The notes beneath the pieces were generated by a model. That model was not told the origin of the DNA and ran no database searches. It was given only the letters and a program-made list of their open reading frames with translations. A stretch of DNA of 64,000 nucleotides from a virus. Taxonomy: Duplodnaviria > Caudoviricetes. Numbering within the stretch: position 1 is the stretch's first letter; the number at the start of each line of letters is the position of its first letter. The position numbers and the translations under genes are program-made. This document shows, in pieces, positions 54,487 through 64,000 of this stretch. The DNA lies in the IMG/VR virus record IMGVR_UViG_3300042013_000067, positions 192,001 through 256,000 of that record; one strand, given 5' to 3'.

Positions 54487-56823
54487 TTACACAATGACCC
54501 GGACGGTGTATCGTTCAAGTGTCATTGTGTCAGTACCCACCGCTAACTGACCTGTAATAGTTACAGCACACGCCGCTGCTGTATCAATAACAGACGTGTA
54601 CGGGGCGTTAGCATTAGTACCACCTTGCACTTGGCTACTAGCAGCTTCACCTAGTTGACTGTCGGCAGCACCTCTATTCTGGAGCCTTTTGATAAATGCA
54701 GCCGATGACGTAGCCGTGGCAGTAGTCGAGAAGAAGGCACCACCACCAAAGCGATAACGCATTGTTTTGGTGTTGGCGTTGTTACTGTAGCTGAACACCG
54801 CATCAACTTCAACGATACCGTTAAGGCCCATCAGGCCCGGCGGGATGTTTACAGTGACAAACGTGTGTTCGGTGGTGATCGTGCCGGGGTGTGGTCGTGC
54901 CACCGCACTGGTTTCCAGTACGATAGTCTTAGGTTCAGAACCATAGCTACGAGCCAGTTCAACCCACGCAACACCATCAAACTGGAGCGTCAGTGTCCCC
55001 TTAGCGTTCTTCGGCGTAAAATCACGACCATCTTGCAAGTAAATGTTACCGTTACTGGCAATGGTGGTCAGGTTGTTGGAGAACGAAAGCCGCAACACCT
55101 GTTTGGTCTTACCACCCAGAATGTTGGTCACCGTCAGTGGTGTCGGGTTGTTGAAGTTCATGTTATCGATCGAGTCTGACGCCCATGCACCACCCATGGA
55201 AACGGTTGGTGTGGTTTGACCCGCGTTGCTGAGGTAGCCACCTGCCGCATAACGAGAGAACTGCTCGATAGCCGCATCGTTGAACTGCACCAGTGGGTTC
55301 TGGTTAAATACCGCGTCGGTACATTCGAACTTTTGGATAGCAGGCGCTGGGCCATACGAACAAAAACCGGTTCCATACAAGGCGCCGTATTCACGAACCG
55401 TACGGATCAACGGACGGATGATGTGCATGTTGGTTACCAGTTCTGCGTTATACGCAAGACCGTTACCCATGGTGTTGAAGGTCATCCCTTCGATGGTGAT
55501 ACAGTCGCCGTCCTGGATATGGATCGCGTAGCTGTCGTAGGACCCATCTTCGATCGTACCGCACCCGGTGATGTAGTTCTGCGAGAACTTGACGTTACGC
55601 ACCAAATCGTTCGCCAACATCCCCGGTTCGTATTCTCTACTGATCCTGATGGCGTTTTTACGGGAACCCTCAAACTGTTGCCCGATGGAGGTAAACGAAA
55701 TAACACCCCCATCCAACCACAAACCATGGTGGTCAGCCAACGAGGTTTGACCCCCAATAAAGACCAGAGGACCGAACGTACCTTGCACGGCACCGCGACG
55801 ACCAATGCGAATACCATAACCCATCTTGTAGCAATCGACGTTGGTGTAGCACTTCATGTTCGTCTGGCCGAACGTACCGTCAGTGGTGATGTCCAGACCG
55901 ACGCCGGTCCACGTACCGTCACCAGTGGCGCCACCGCGGATCAATCCGTTGATGTGAGTCGCTTCCCACGTGGTCGACTCGACGATGCCATTACCAGCAG
56001 GGTTCTGCACTTTAACCGTGTAGTTCTGTAGTAGGATGCTACCTTGCGAACCTTGTAAGCGCAAAACGTCAGAAGTCGACGTACCGCCTACGAGGTTGAA
56101 GTTCACCAGCGAGAAGTACCCACCCATCCCGGATGGGTTTTCCATGGAGAAAAGACCCTTGAGATCCACCAGTGGTGTATTCGACCCATCGATGTGCACA
56201 AAGGCAGTGCCGGGTTCTTCCAGTGCACCTGTCGCGTGCCCGTTACCATGGCCCATGATACTGACACGGCCAGCACGGTTTGGCCAATCTGGGTTGAGTA
56301 CTGCATCGTAATACAGACGCAGTGTGTCAGTTAGGTACTTACGACCAGCCATTGGTCGCAGGATCGAGCCCTTGCGGTTGCAGAAAGACAGGGCCGCTTG
56401 CAGTGCCAAAGTATTCAACGTACCCTGCTTGGTGTCCCAACTATAGTCACCCACAGCACCGAAGTACTCAGGGCGAACTTCATCCGTCAGAACCCGCTTC
56501 CAACGACCGGCACCTGCGTTACCCGGTGGATTGACCACCATGCATCCATCGTGGGCTTCGTTGCTGTTACCTGCCCAGTACCAATCGCCTTCGCCCCCGT
56601 CACCCACGGTGTAGAAACCACCGACGTAGATGACTAAGGTTCGCCCTGCCGCTACTACCGGAATCGGCAATACCAAGAGCGACGCCATATTCAGAAGGGA
56701 GATCTTGGCCGAAGCCAAGTTTAAGCCAGCTGGACTCCCGATTTCCGCGGCGCCATCATTAGTAGCCAGCTTCAGTAGGTTGGGTACTACCTTTGCTAAT
56801 TTCGTGAGCAGACCAACACCCAT
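54487..56823 (-). CDS. tailspike / depolymerase (beta-helix), class II N-terminus
   Basis: GGAGG RBS before ATG 56823; GFYTVGDGGEG.WYW..GRWKR domain; VRPEYFGAVGD...ALQAA. Confidence 0.85.
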   Translation of the reverse strand: MGVGLLTKLAKVVPNLLKLATNDGAAEIGSPAGLNLASAKISLLNMASLLVLPIPVVAAGRTLVIYVGGFYTVGDGGEGDWYWAGNSNEAHDGCMVVNPPGNAGAGRWKRVLTDEVRPEYFGAVGDYSWDTKQGTLNTLALQAALSFCNRKGSILRPMAGRKYLTDTLRLYYDAVLNPDWPNRAGRVSIMGHGNGHATGALEEPGTAFVHIDGSNTPLVDLKGLFSMENPSGMGGYFSLVNFNLVGGTSTSDVLRLQGSQGSILLQNYTVKVQNPAGNGIVESTTWEATHINGLIRGGATGDGTWTGVGLDITTDGTFGQTNMKCYTNVDCYKMGYGIRIGRRGAVQGTFGPLVFIGGQTSLADHHGLWLDGGVISFTSIGQQFEGSRKNAIRISREYEPGMLANDLVRNVKFSQNYITGCGTIEDGSYDSYAIHIQDGDCITIEGMTFNTMGNGLAYNAELVTNMHIIRPLIRTVREYGALYGTGFCSYGPAPAIQKFECTDAVFNQNPLVQFNDAAIEQFSRYAAGGYLSNAGQTTPTVSMGGAWASDSIDNMNFNNPTPLTVTNILGGKTKQVLRLSFSNNLTTIASNGNIYLQDGRDFTPKNAKGTLTLQFDGVAWVELARSYGSEPKTIVLETSAVARPHPGTITTEHTFVTVNIPPGLMGLNGIVEVDAVFSYSNNANTKTMRYRFGGGAFFSTTATATSSAAFIKRLQNRGAADSQLGEAASSQVQGGTNANAPYTSVIDTAAACAVTITGQLAVGTDTMTLERYTVRVIV

Positions 56824-56916
56824 ACACACCTCCAAAATGAAGGACCCTTATCCAGAGCCCCGAGTGAATCGTCAAGACCCTGAAACCAATATTTTTGGAA
56901 AGGGTCATACAACCTC

Positions 56917-59193
56917 CTATGTTTGACTACCGACAACGGTTCCGTCGGTATCACTGGTGGGAGCACCGCTCTTTATCCGCAGTCGCCCAGTCGCATCGAC
57001 CCAGATATAGTAGCCGCCCAACTTCAGCGGTTCAGCCCCGTTATATGACGAGGTAAAGGCCACAGCCCCTGTTAAGCAACGGATACCAACCCAGTCCGTC
57101 CCGGCAACGTGGTTGCTGCCTGTGGTCAAACGCCGCCAACCGAGCGTGGTGTAAGGGGTGCCGTTGTTGATCAGAGCAGGGGATTCGTTCAGCACTAGGT
57201 CACCCAGTGTGTAACTCCCAGTTGTAGGGAAGGTACTACCCCAACCAACGTGTCGAGTAGACAGCACGACCCTTAACCACTGGGCCTGTGGTGACAACCA
57301 GACTTGGTCGAATTGACCATCTGGGTTATCCATGTTAAGTTCTTTTCTGAGCAGTAGGTTCTTGCCGTAATAGCCTGGTTTGCTAGCGTATACGGACGAC
57401 CATGCCGCTTCCGTGACTTCGTGCGTTCCTGGATCAACAGCGGAGTACACATCCGCCACGTAAGGTTGGTCAATCTGGGTGGTATAAACGTTGTTGTTGG
57501 CAATGCGACCAGACGACCGATTGCCAGCGGTCCCGGTGACCTGAAAACCGATGCTGTTGTCGATGACGTAGACGCCAGCCTCCGACACGTTGTTTAACCC
57601 TAGGTCAAACCCCTTGACCTGATCGATAGCCACGTGGATCTGCGCATCTTTCATGTCGTTGTTTTTGATCTCCAATCCGGTGATCAAAGCAACGTTGATA
57701 TGCGTCGCCGCGACAAAGCTACCATCGGGTTGTTTACCGGCGCTCTCGAAGTGACAGTTCTGCACAGCTAGGTTGCGCATGTTACCAGACACACAGGACA
57801 GTGAACCTAGGGCATTGCTGCCAAAGCTCACGTGCTCGAATTGGACGTTGTCGCAGATGTTGCCATCGTGAATCAAGACCGCCCCTTTGCCCGCCATGCG
57901 TTGAATCAACCCATTGTGGATCTTGAGGTTGGAGCTGTTCCATTCGTCCCCGGCACCCGAATTCTTCGAACCGTACACCAAGCCATATTGGCCTTGTGGA
58001 AGTGAACCACCCCCAGAGATGTTAAACTTCTCTAGGTCAACGTTGAAGTAGTTCCGGATCTCGATTAGACGTGACGCCGCATTAGCGAACGAATCACACG
58101 AAATGCCGTACAGCTTCACCCGGTTGACGCGGTCCAGATAAATGCCGCCGATAGAGGTTGGGTTGTTTTGTGCTGTGATTCGGAAGTTGCTCAATTCAAA
58201 TTGGGTGATAGGGGTGTTGTCTTCCGTGCCCAAGCCGGTGATGTTTAAGAAATGACCAGGTCCCGTGTAGAGCAATCGATTTCGTCGCGTGGCGCAGCCT
58301 GCAATACTCACGCCACGTTGGTCGGTGATCATCGTGTGGTCAACATAGACCTGCCCAGCAAAAGGCACGTTGAACAGCTCCCAAGGTAGCTCAATCACAA
58401 AACCATTGTCGGCTGCCGACTCTAGCGCTTTTTGGAACTTATCGGTGTTGACAATACCGGTGTTACCCGATGAGACACCAAACCGTTTGACGGACACGCG
58501 TTCACTCAGTACGTCCGCGACGTCCCCACTTTCGAGGCCTTCCCCTGGATAACTGGGGAGGTAACCTAAACTCTCGGCGCCTTGTGGTGACATCAAAGTC
58601 TGGCGTAAACTAACGTCTTCCGCCTGTAACAACTTACTTTGGTCTGTTGCCCACGTACTGGTAGTAAAGGGCAGTGCGGCGCGCACGGGTCGGTAGTTGA
58701 CATCCAGATACCGCACCACCTGGGTTGTCCGCACCAGTTCGATACCGGCCGCATAGGGAACTTCAGCTTCCAGCCCCAAAGAGTCTAAGTAAGACAGGTA
58801 GTCTTGAGTGCGCTTTTCTTTCTCAGCCCCAAACAACGTATCGAGCTGTTCCCACATGTGATCATAACGGGCGTTGACGATGACACGCATCTGCTGCCCA
58901 TCGGCGTAGGTTTCTGGGGACACCAAGGTAAACTTGTGCATGGTGTCAACAGTGAACGCGTATTCAATTACGCCTTCAATCCACAGCGCCATTCCCGCGG
59001 TGGTGATAGTGGCATCACCAGAGATGACACCAACATCGTACTGGGTTTGACCTGCCACGTAAGTAAACGGGTATGCCGCGTTAACCTTGAGTTTGGCACC
59101 AGCAGCGACTATGGCGGCGGTTGCCTTTTGTTTTAACTCAGTGGTACTGGCTGCAAGATCAGCCACAGCCTGTGTCAATTGTTCGTAGGACAT
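56917..59193 (-). CDS. tailspike / depolymerase (beta-helix), class I N-terminus
   Basis: YAAG..LPFTT..D..LRQ particle-binding domain; VSVKRFG..NTDKFQKAL; C-terminal WVDATGRLRIKSGAPTSDTDG. Confidence 0.85.
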   Translation of the reverse strand: MSYEQLTQAVADLAASTTELKQKATAAIVAAGAKLKVNAAYPFTYVAGQTQYDVGVISGDATITTAGMALWIEGVIEYAFTVDTMHKFTLVSPETYADGQQMRVIVNARYDHMWEQLDTLFGAEKEKRTQDYLSYLDSLGLEAEVPYAAGIELVRTTQVVRYLDVNYRPVRAALPFTTSTWATDQSKLLQAEDVSLRQTLMSPQGAESLGYLPSYPGEGLESGDVADVLSERVSVKRFGVSSGNTGIVNTDKFQKALESAADNGFVIELPWELFNVPFAGQVYVDHTMITDQRGVSIAGCATRRNRLLYTGPGHFLNITGLGTEDNTPITQFELSNFRITAQNNPTSIGGIYLDRVNRVKLYGISCDSFANAASRLIEIRNYFNVDLEKFNISGGGSLPQGQYGLVYGSKNSGAGDEWNSSNLKIHNGLIQRMAGKGAVLIHDGNICDNVQFEHVSFGSNALGSLSCVSGNMRNLAVQNCHFESAGKQPDGSFVAATHINVALITGLEIKNNDMKDAQIHVAIDQVKGFDLGLNNVSEAGVYVIDNSIGFQVTGTAGNRSSGRIANNNVYTTQIDQPYVADVYSAVDPGTHEVTEAAWSSVYASKPGYYGKNLLLRKELNMDNPDGQFDQVWLSPQAQWLRVVLSTRHVGWGSTFPTTGSYTLGDLVLNESPALINNGTPYTTLGWRRLTTGSNHVAGTDWVGIRCLTGAVAFTSSYNGAEPLKLGGYYIWVDATGRLRIKSGAPTSDTDGTVVGSQT

Positions 59194-59217
59194 GATACCT
59201 CCATGTTAGCAGTGTAA

Positions 59218-59239
59218 AGCTCCCCCTTGCGGAGGAGCT
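59218..59239 (-). terminator. intergenic hairpin between tailspike genes
   Basis: AGCTCCCCC-ttgc-GGAGGAGCT. Confidence 0.45.
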
Positions 59240-59275
59240 CGGGTAACGATTAACCAACGTACTAACTGGTCCCCA

Positions 59276-61891
59276 TTAAGAAGCACGCCGCCAGAAGGAA
59301 CCATCCCAGATCAACGTCTTGGCTTCTCCGGGTGCGAGCACGACCGACGAACCAGTGATCACAAGACCGGATGAGTTGTTGATGATGGTGATATTCTGCG
59401 TAGACGAGCTATGGTTATTCACGACCAGCATTTGCCCGACAAAGGCACCCCGCGTGACGGAGTTAAGCTGTACTCCAGTCAGTGAGGTTTGCACCTTCAC
59501 GAAGATGACGGGATCACCTGCGTTCTGAAGGTTGATACTGTTGTTCCCCGTGACCGTAGGGTTGCCATCCACATACGACCGCAGTCGCAATGGGTATTGC
59601 GTGCTACCCACACGGATTTTGGCGAAAGGCTTGGGGTTGGTAGCGATCAGACCTAAGAACGGCGTGCCCGTCCATGTGTCCAGATGTACGTCCCATTCAG
59701 AATTGATGTCGTAAGTGGCCGACGAACTAGCCAGATACGACACGTGGGAAGCACCCGTGACGCGCAGCTTAGCCCGACACACCGTGAGGTCAGCGGTATG
59801 CTTGGCCAAGACGTGGCCAGACCCAGTGTTGATGTACACATCACCATCTAAGCAATCAAGCACCGCACCTTCACCCAGCTCGAAAAGCTGACCACCGTTC
59901 TGGTATGGCGAGAAGTTCAGGTTCAGGTACTTCACGATGACAGACGAATACGTGGTCAAGATCACGTTATCGTGCGTGGTGTCTACATCCAAGTTGTCGA
60001 TCACGACCTTGTTCTTGAACAAGGCATTCCCGGAGATACTGACCGGCAGGGCACCCTGTTCTGTCTTGATCCGCATCTGACCGATACTGAGGAAACTATC
60101 GGAGGTTTTGGACGCACACGAAATGGCCAGACCCACCTTGGAGTTGATCACTTCCAGACTGTCAATACGAGCCGAGTTACCCCGGATCTGAAGGCCAGCA
60201 CCACCAGTGGCATTACCCCGGTAGTCATTGAGTACGGTAATGGTCCCGAAATGTGGTTTGTAAGCCGGGCTGTGCGTGTCCACGCCGTTGGCGTTGCCCT
60301 GCATGACGACGTTGCGCACCTTCGGATACATGCTCCGACCACTTAGGTCCCAGCGGCCATCACCGGCTACCCGATTGGGTGTGGTGGTGGTGAAGCCGTG
60401 ACGAGCGTGGTGGCTCACGATGGTATCGACCTGCGTACCAAAACTGGCACTGTCATTGAAGACGTACCCGTATTGCGCCTGTGTAGGTTCGTTGTGTAGG
60501 GCATCACCTGCTACGATACCCACTTGGGCAAAGTAGCAACTGGTCAGGTTGAAGAACGTGGCGTTGAGGTCATTACCCTCATACGCACCTAACAACATGG
60601 GTTTGATGAACCCCCGTACGTTGAAGGCGGCTGCGTTATTGACGGTACTGTCATCAGTGTAGATATACGGACCGGTCTCGACGTGCATACGTGCTTTCGA
60701 GGGCTTGGCCAGCATGATGCCGGTGGTGTAGTTCTCGACCAACCCACCCGTGGCGTAGACGAAATCTCCGTCGACCTTACCCACTACAAACCACTCACCG
60801 ATCATCTGGCTGCTGCCATCGGTGTCAGGCACAATATCATCACTGAAGATCTTGGCGATGTCACCCACAACAAAATCGTGGCCAGGTGCTTCCATCATCG
60901 ACACGAAACTGTTCGTCGTACCATCACCCAAGTTCACCGAAACTTTGGTTAACGATGTCACTGCCACCAGAGCCGAAGACAGGGTGTTGTAGAAGGAGAA
61001 TGGTACGATGTTGCCGATCTGGTGGAACTTGGCACCATTGAAACTTACACGCAGACTATCGCCATCCCCTAGTGTGGTTACGATGGCAGCGTTAATGGCG
61101 TAAGTCTTGGAACTGTCGAATTGGACACAACGACCGGTCTCTACCCCATCAGCCAATGCGGCGATGATCGCCGGGGTATCCACCGCAGCGTCACCCCCAA
61201 CTGCGCCATGCATCTCTGGCGTGATCCAGTTAATAGCGTCCTGTACTTTACCCCCTTGCTTCAGACTTACGATCTCTGCACCATTACTGCCGAGGGCTTG
61301 ACGCAATGTAATATCTTCGGCTTGTATCAGTTTGGCCGAGTCTACAGCCCACGTGCTGGTGGTGAATGGCAGCGCTGAGCGCAACGGACGGTAGTTAACG
61401 TCTAGGTAACGCACTACCTGCGTAGGACGTACTAGTGAAATGCCTGCAACATACGGCACCTCAGCTTCTAGTCCTAGGGTATTCAGGTAATTCAAATAGT
61501 CTTGTAGGCGTTTATCCTTCTCGTCAGCGTACAGTGAGTCGAGTTGGTCGAACACATGGTCATAACGGGCATTGACGATAATCCGCATCTGCTGACCGTC
61601 AGCGTAAATCTCCGGCGTTAGCAGGGTGAATTTCTTCAGTGAGTCAACCGTAAAGGCGTATTCGATCCCTGCTTCAATCCACAGGACCATACCGGCAGTA
61701 GTGATCGTGGCATCGCCGGAGATCACCTCGACGTCATACTGGGATTGTCCAGCTACAAAGGTAAATGGATAGGAGGCGTTTACCTTAATCTTGGCAGTAG
61801 CCGCGACTAAGACCTCCTCCACCCTTTGTGCTAACTCGGCATTGCCGACGGCTAAGTCTGTTACCGACTGCGCCAATTGTTCATACGACAT
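59276..61891 (-). CDS. tailspike / depolymerase (beta-helix), class I N-terminus
   Basis: First ~200 aa near-colinear with 56917..59193; WITPEMHGAVGGD..DTPAI.AA. Confidence 0.85.
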   Translation of the reverse strand: MSYEQLAQSVTDLAVGNAELAQRVEEVLVAATAKIKVNASYPFTFVAGQSQYDVEVISGDATITTAGMVLWIEAGIEYAFTVDSLKKFTLLTPEIYADGQQMRIIVNARYDHVFDQLDSLYADEKDKRLQDYLNYLNTLGLEAEVPYVAGISLVRPTQVVRYLDVNYRPLRSALPFTTSTWAVDSAKLIQAEDITLRQALGSNGAEIVSLKQGGKVQDAINWITPEMHGAVGGDAAVDTPAIIAALADGVETGRCVQFDSSKTYAINAAIVTTLGDGDSLRVSFNGAKFHQIGNIVPFSFYNTLSSALVAVTSLTKVSVNLGDGTTNSFVSMMEAPGHDFVVGDIAKIFSDDIVPDTDGSSQMIGEWFVVGKVDGDFVYATGGLVENYTTGIMLAKPSKARMHVETGPYIYTDDSTVNNAAAFNVRGFIKPMLLGAYEGNDLNATFFNLTSCYFAQVGIVAGDALHNEPTQAQYGYVFNDSASFGTQVDTIVSHHARHGFTTTTPNRVAGDGRWDLSGRSMYPKVRNVVMQGNANGVDTHSPAYKPHFGTITVLNDYRGNATGGAGLQIRGNSARIDSLEVINSKVGLAISCASKTSDSFLSIGQMRIKTEQGALPVSISGNALFKNKVVIDNLDVDTTHDNVILTTYSSVIVKYLNLNFSPYQNGGQLFELGEGAVLDCLDGDVYINTGSGHVLAKHTADLTVCRAKLRVTGASHVSYLASSSATYDINSEWDVHLDTWTGTPFLGLIATNPKPFAKIRVGSTQYPLRLRSYVDGNPTVTGNNSINLQNAGDPVIFVKVQTSLTGVQLNSVTRGAFVGQMLVVNNHSSSTQNITIINNSSGLVITGSSVVLAPGEAKTLIWDGSFWRRAS

Positions 61892-61909
61892 AATACCTCC
61901 AATTAGCTA

Positions 61910-63865
61910 TTAGTAAGCCCAGTAGTAGACTGCCGTCATATCCAAGGCTAGATCGGGGGTGGTGTCATTGGCTGCGACCAGACGAATTTGGACGTCGGTG
62001 GCATTGATGTCCATTTGCTTGTCGATTGCGATCCAGTGCCACTGGTTGTCATTGGGGATGATCTCCACAAATGTATTGACGCCATCGAATAGCTGAACCC
62101 GCTGGTTACCCAGATAGGTCGATCCAGACCCTTTGAACCAACCACCACAATAAAGACGACGTCCCTTGTACTTATCCTTGTCCAAGATCACTTGGATACC
62201 GCTCACCCCAACGGCACCTGAAACGATGTGTGCCCCAGAAATGTATTTACCTGTAGTCATCCCAACCGGAGTGATCTGGGTAGGTACGGCATTACCGCGA
62301 ACCGAGAATCCATCTGGCACGCCAGTGGTCCATTTGGTAAACAGTGGGTTAACCGTCAGGTTTTCTATGTGCCTAGCGTGACCACGCGCTGGCGACAGAG
62401 CGTTGTTCATGGCGGACACGTTGATGTACGCACGGGCTCGGTCATTCATCCCGTCTAAGTAAGAGGAGGCGAAGCTCAGGTCACCGATGTTACCGATGCC
62501 TGTGGCGGTGTCTTCCATGGCGATGCCATATCGGAGCATACCCGCACTGCCGCGCAGACGTACTTGGTCGAAGGACAAACTACGGCATTCACCACGGATG
62601 ATGATGTCATCGGTTGGTACTAACGCAGTCAGGCAGTTGTTGATAGAAATCAACTTGTTGATCACTACGTCGTCACCACCGTTGACCAATAACCCGCCGT
62701 TCCCCGCACCGTCAACTTGCAGTCGGTCAATGGTAATGGACGTGCCTTGAATCTCAGCGTTAATATCCTGACAACCCCAGACATCGACGTCACGGAAACG
62801 ACAGGCCCCGCCGGTATAAAGGAAGCCACGTTCCCTAGCGAACCCGCAAAGAATCCGATTGGAGTCCCAATCGACGGCTTCAATCACCACGCCGTATTGG
62901 CCATCGCCGGCCAGCTGCGCAAGCTTCTCCTCTTCAGTACCGGTAGCTACACCGATGCCGTTACGAACAAAGACCTCATGGGAGGACCCTTCTTTGTGAC
63001 CGGGTTTGACCCATAGTCCCGCACCTAACCCTCGTTTATAAACGAAGACATTACGGATCTTAGTGCCTACCCGCTGCACGCCATCGGTGTCGCTACAGTG
63101 GATACCGTGGCCGGACACTTGCAATGCATTATCGATGATAAAACTATGCAGGCTGTTATTGAAGGCATTCGATCGAACCAGCACAGCATCGCCAGTGATT
63201 GCACCAAAACGTAGTGTGGCTAAACCACGTAAGTTACCCGTGACCACATGCTGTACCGACATGGCGTTACCCACATCCGTCTTCAGCTCGACACCAGACT
63301 TAATCTCTAGCGTCGTCAGACCCATTTCGTAGACTAGATTCGGAACTAAGGTAACATCACGACCACCACTGGCAGACGCAAAGTCGATGAATGCCTGCAA
63401 CATATCCCCAGTCAGGCATATGAACTTGTTACGGAGGAGGAACTCGCCAATGGTCATTGGCGGACCGACCGGCTGAACCAAACCGATAAGCGGCGCGCCA
63501 TCCGCGGCCAAGATCGCCATGTTGGTATTGGCAGTCTCTTCCGCAGCCAGTGCAGAATCGGCTGCTTCGAGTGCTGCCTGCCGAGCTTGCAGTGTTAAGC
63601 CTTGAGTTGACGACAAGGCAGTCAAGACATTCACGGCGAATGCCTCAGCCGAGTTACGCGATGCGACCGTCTGCTCGGTTGCTTCTTGGGTTGCTGCTAC
63701 AGCGATATCAACGGCAACTTTCGCTGTGGTGGCCTGATCGGCTGCTGTTTGTGCCGTGTTGGAAGAAAGCTCAGCGGCTTCTACAGCTGTTATAGCTCGC
63801 TGAGTGAGTTCAGCATTGCTGGTGCCCAGATCCGTTACGGCCTGAGTCAAAAGTTCATACGACAT
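61910..63865 (-). CDS. tailspike / depolymerase with N-terminal coiled coil and C-terminal CBM-like domain
   Basis: MSYELLTQAVTDL start; Ala/Thr-rich helix; beta-helix core; C-terminal GGWFK..WHWI jelly-roll-like segment. Confidence 0.8.
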   Translation of the reverse strand: MSYELLTQAVTDLGTSNAELTQRAITAVEAAELSSNTAQTAADQATTAKVAVDIAVAATQEATEQTVASRNSAEAFAVNVLTALSSTQGLTLQARQAALEAADSALAAEETANTNMAILAADGAPLIGLVQPVGPPMTIGEFLLRNKFICLTGDMLQAFIDFASASGGRDVTLVPNLVYEMGLTTLEIKSGVELKTDVGNAMSVQHVVTGNLRGLATLRFGAITGDAVLVRSNAFNNSLHSFIIDNALQVSGHGIHCSDTDGVQRVGTKIRNVFVYKRGLGAGLWVKPGHKEGSSHEVFVRNGIGVATGTEEEKLAQLAGDGQYGVVIEAVDWDSNRILCGFARERGFLYTGGACRFRDVDVWGCQDINAEIQGTSITIDRLQVDGAGNGGLLVNGGDDVVINKLISINNCLTALVPTDDIIIRGECRSLSFDQVRLRGSAGMLRYGIAMEDTATGIGNIGDLSFASSYLDGMNDRARAYINVSAMNNALSPARGHARHIENLTVNPLFTKWTTGVPDGFSVRGNAVPTQITPVGMTTGKYISGAHIVSGAVGVSGIQVILDKDKYKGRRLYCGGWFKGSGSTYLGNQRVQLFDGVNTFVEIIPNDNQWHWIAIDKQMDINATDVQIRLVAANDTTPDLALDMTAVYYWAY

Positions 63866-63937
63866 GAAACCTCCGATGTTTTCAGTTTGTTGGGTGGTCC
63901 ACGGTATTAACCGATCGAGACCACCCTACTGCGCGGA

Positions 63938-64000
63938 TTAAGTAGACCCGACGTTCGGCATGTCTCTGAAGATAGCCGTAGTACCAGCCAACCCAGCTTG
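63938..64000 (-). CDS. 3' end of an upstream gene truncated by the window edge
   Basis: Open frame QAGLAGTTAIFRDMPNVGST* ending at TAA 63938. Confidence 0.4.
   Translation of the reverse strand, partial: QAGLAGTTAIFRDMPNVGST

Noticed and set aside
51389-56031. Long + strand ORFs (51389..52099, 55216..56031) in the structural block
   Set aside because: They overlap well-supported - strand genes and have no independent coding signal
1-64000. Nucleus shell (ChmA), PhuZ tubulin, multisubunit RNAP, terminase or major capsid genes
   Set aside because: Not recognised in this window, so the phiKZ-like assignment rests on promoter motifs, processed head proteins and gene content, not on hallmark genes

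Overview
This window is a 64-kb segment of a large lytic dsDNA phage genome, most consistent with a phiKZ-related jumbo myovirus. A Pseudomonas-like host is inferred from a Dcd that closely resembles the Pseudomonas enzyme and from an SspB homologue. Bases 1-50601 are a densely packed + strand accessory/metabolic region of about 90 short genes. Recognisable products include dcd, an enlarged thyA, NAD-dependent ligA, DHH, NUDIX, two HD proteins, SLOG/DprA-like, macrodomain, an ART-like protein, 2OG-Fe(II) oxygenase-like, DEDDh exonuclease, R2K-type ATP-grasp, SspB, two HslV-like Ntn peptidases and a BCS1-like AAA ATPase. The region is punctuated by a family of nested palindromic terminators (ACGGCATA..stem-loop..TTATGCCG) and by phiKZ-type early promoter motifs TATAT(T/C)AC. 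Bases 50652-64000 are a convergent - strand virion module: two paralogous protease-processed head proteins and a tandem array of at least five beta-helix tailspike/depolymerase genes. The most notable unexplained patterns are an 8-member paralogous domain family with a conserved extreme C-terminus, the multi-tailspike cassette with two N-terminal docking classes, candidate counter-defence enzymes (PDE-like HD, ART plus macrodomain), a phage proteostasis kit, two ORF-poor structured intergenic regions and one gene broken by an in-frame TAA. All family assignments are by motif recognition only; no database searches were run.
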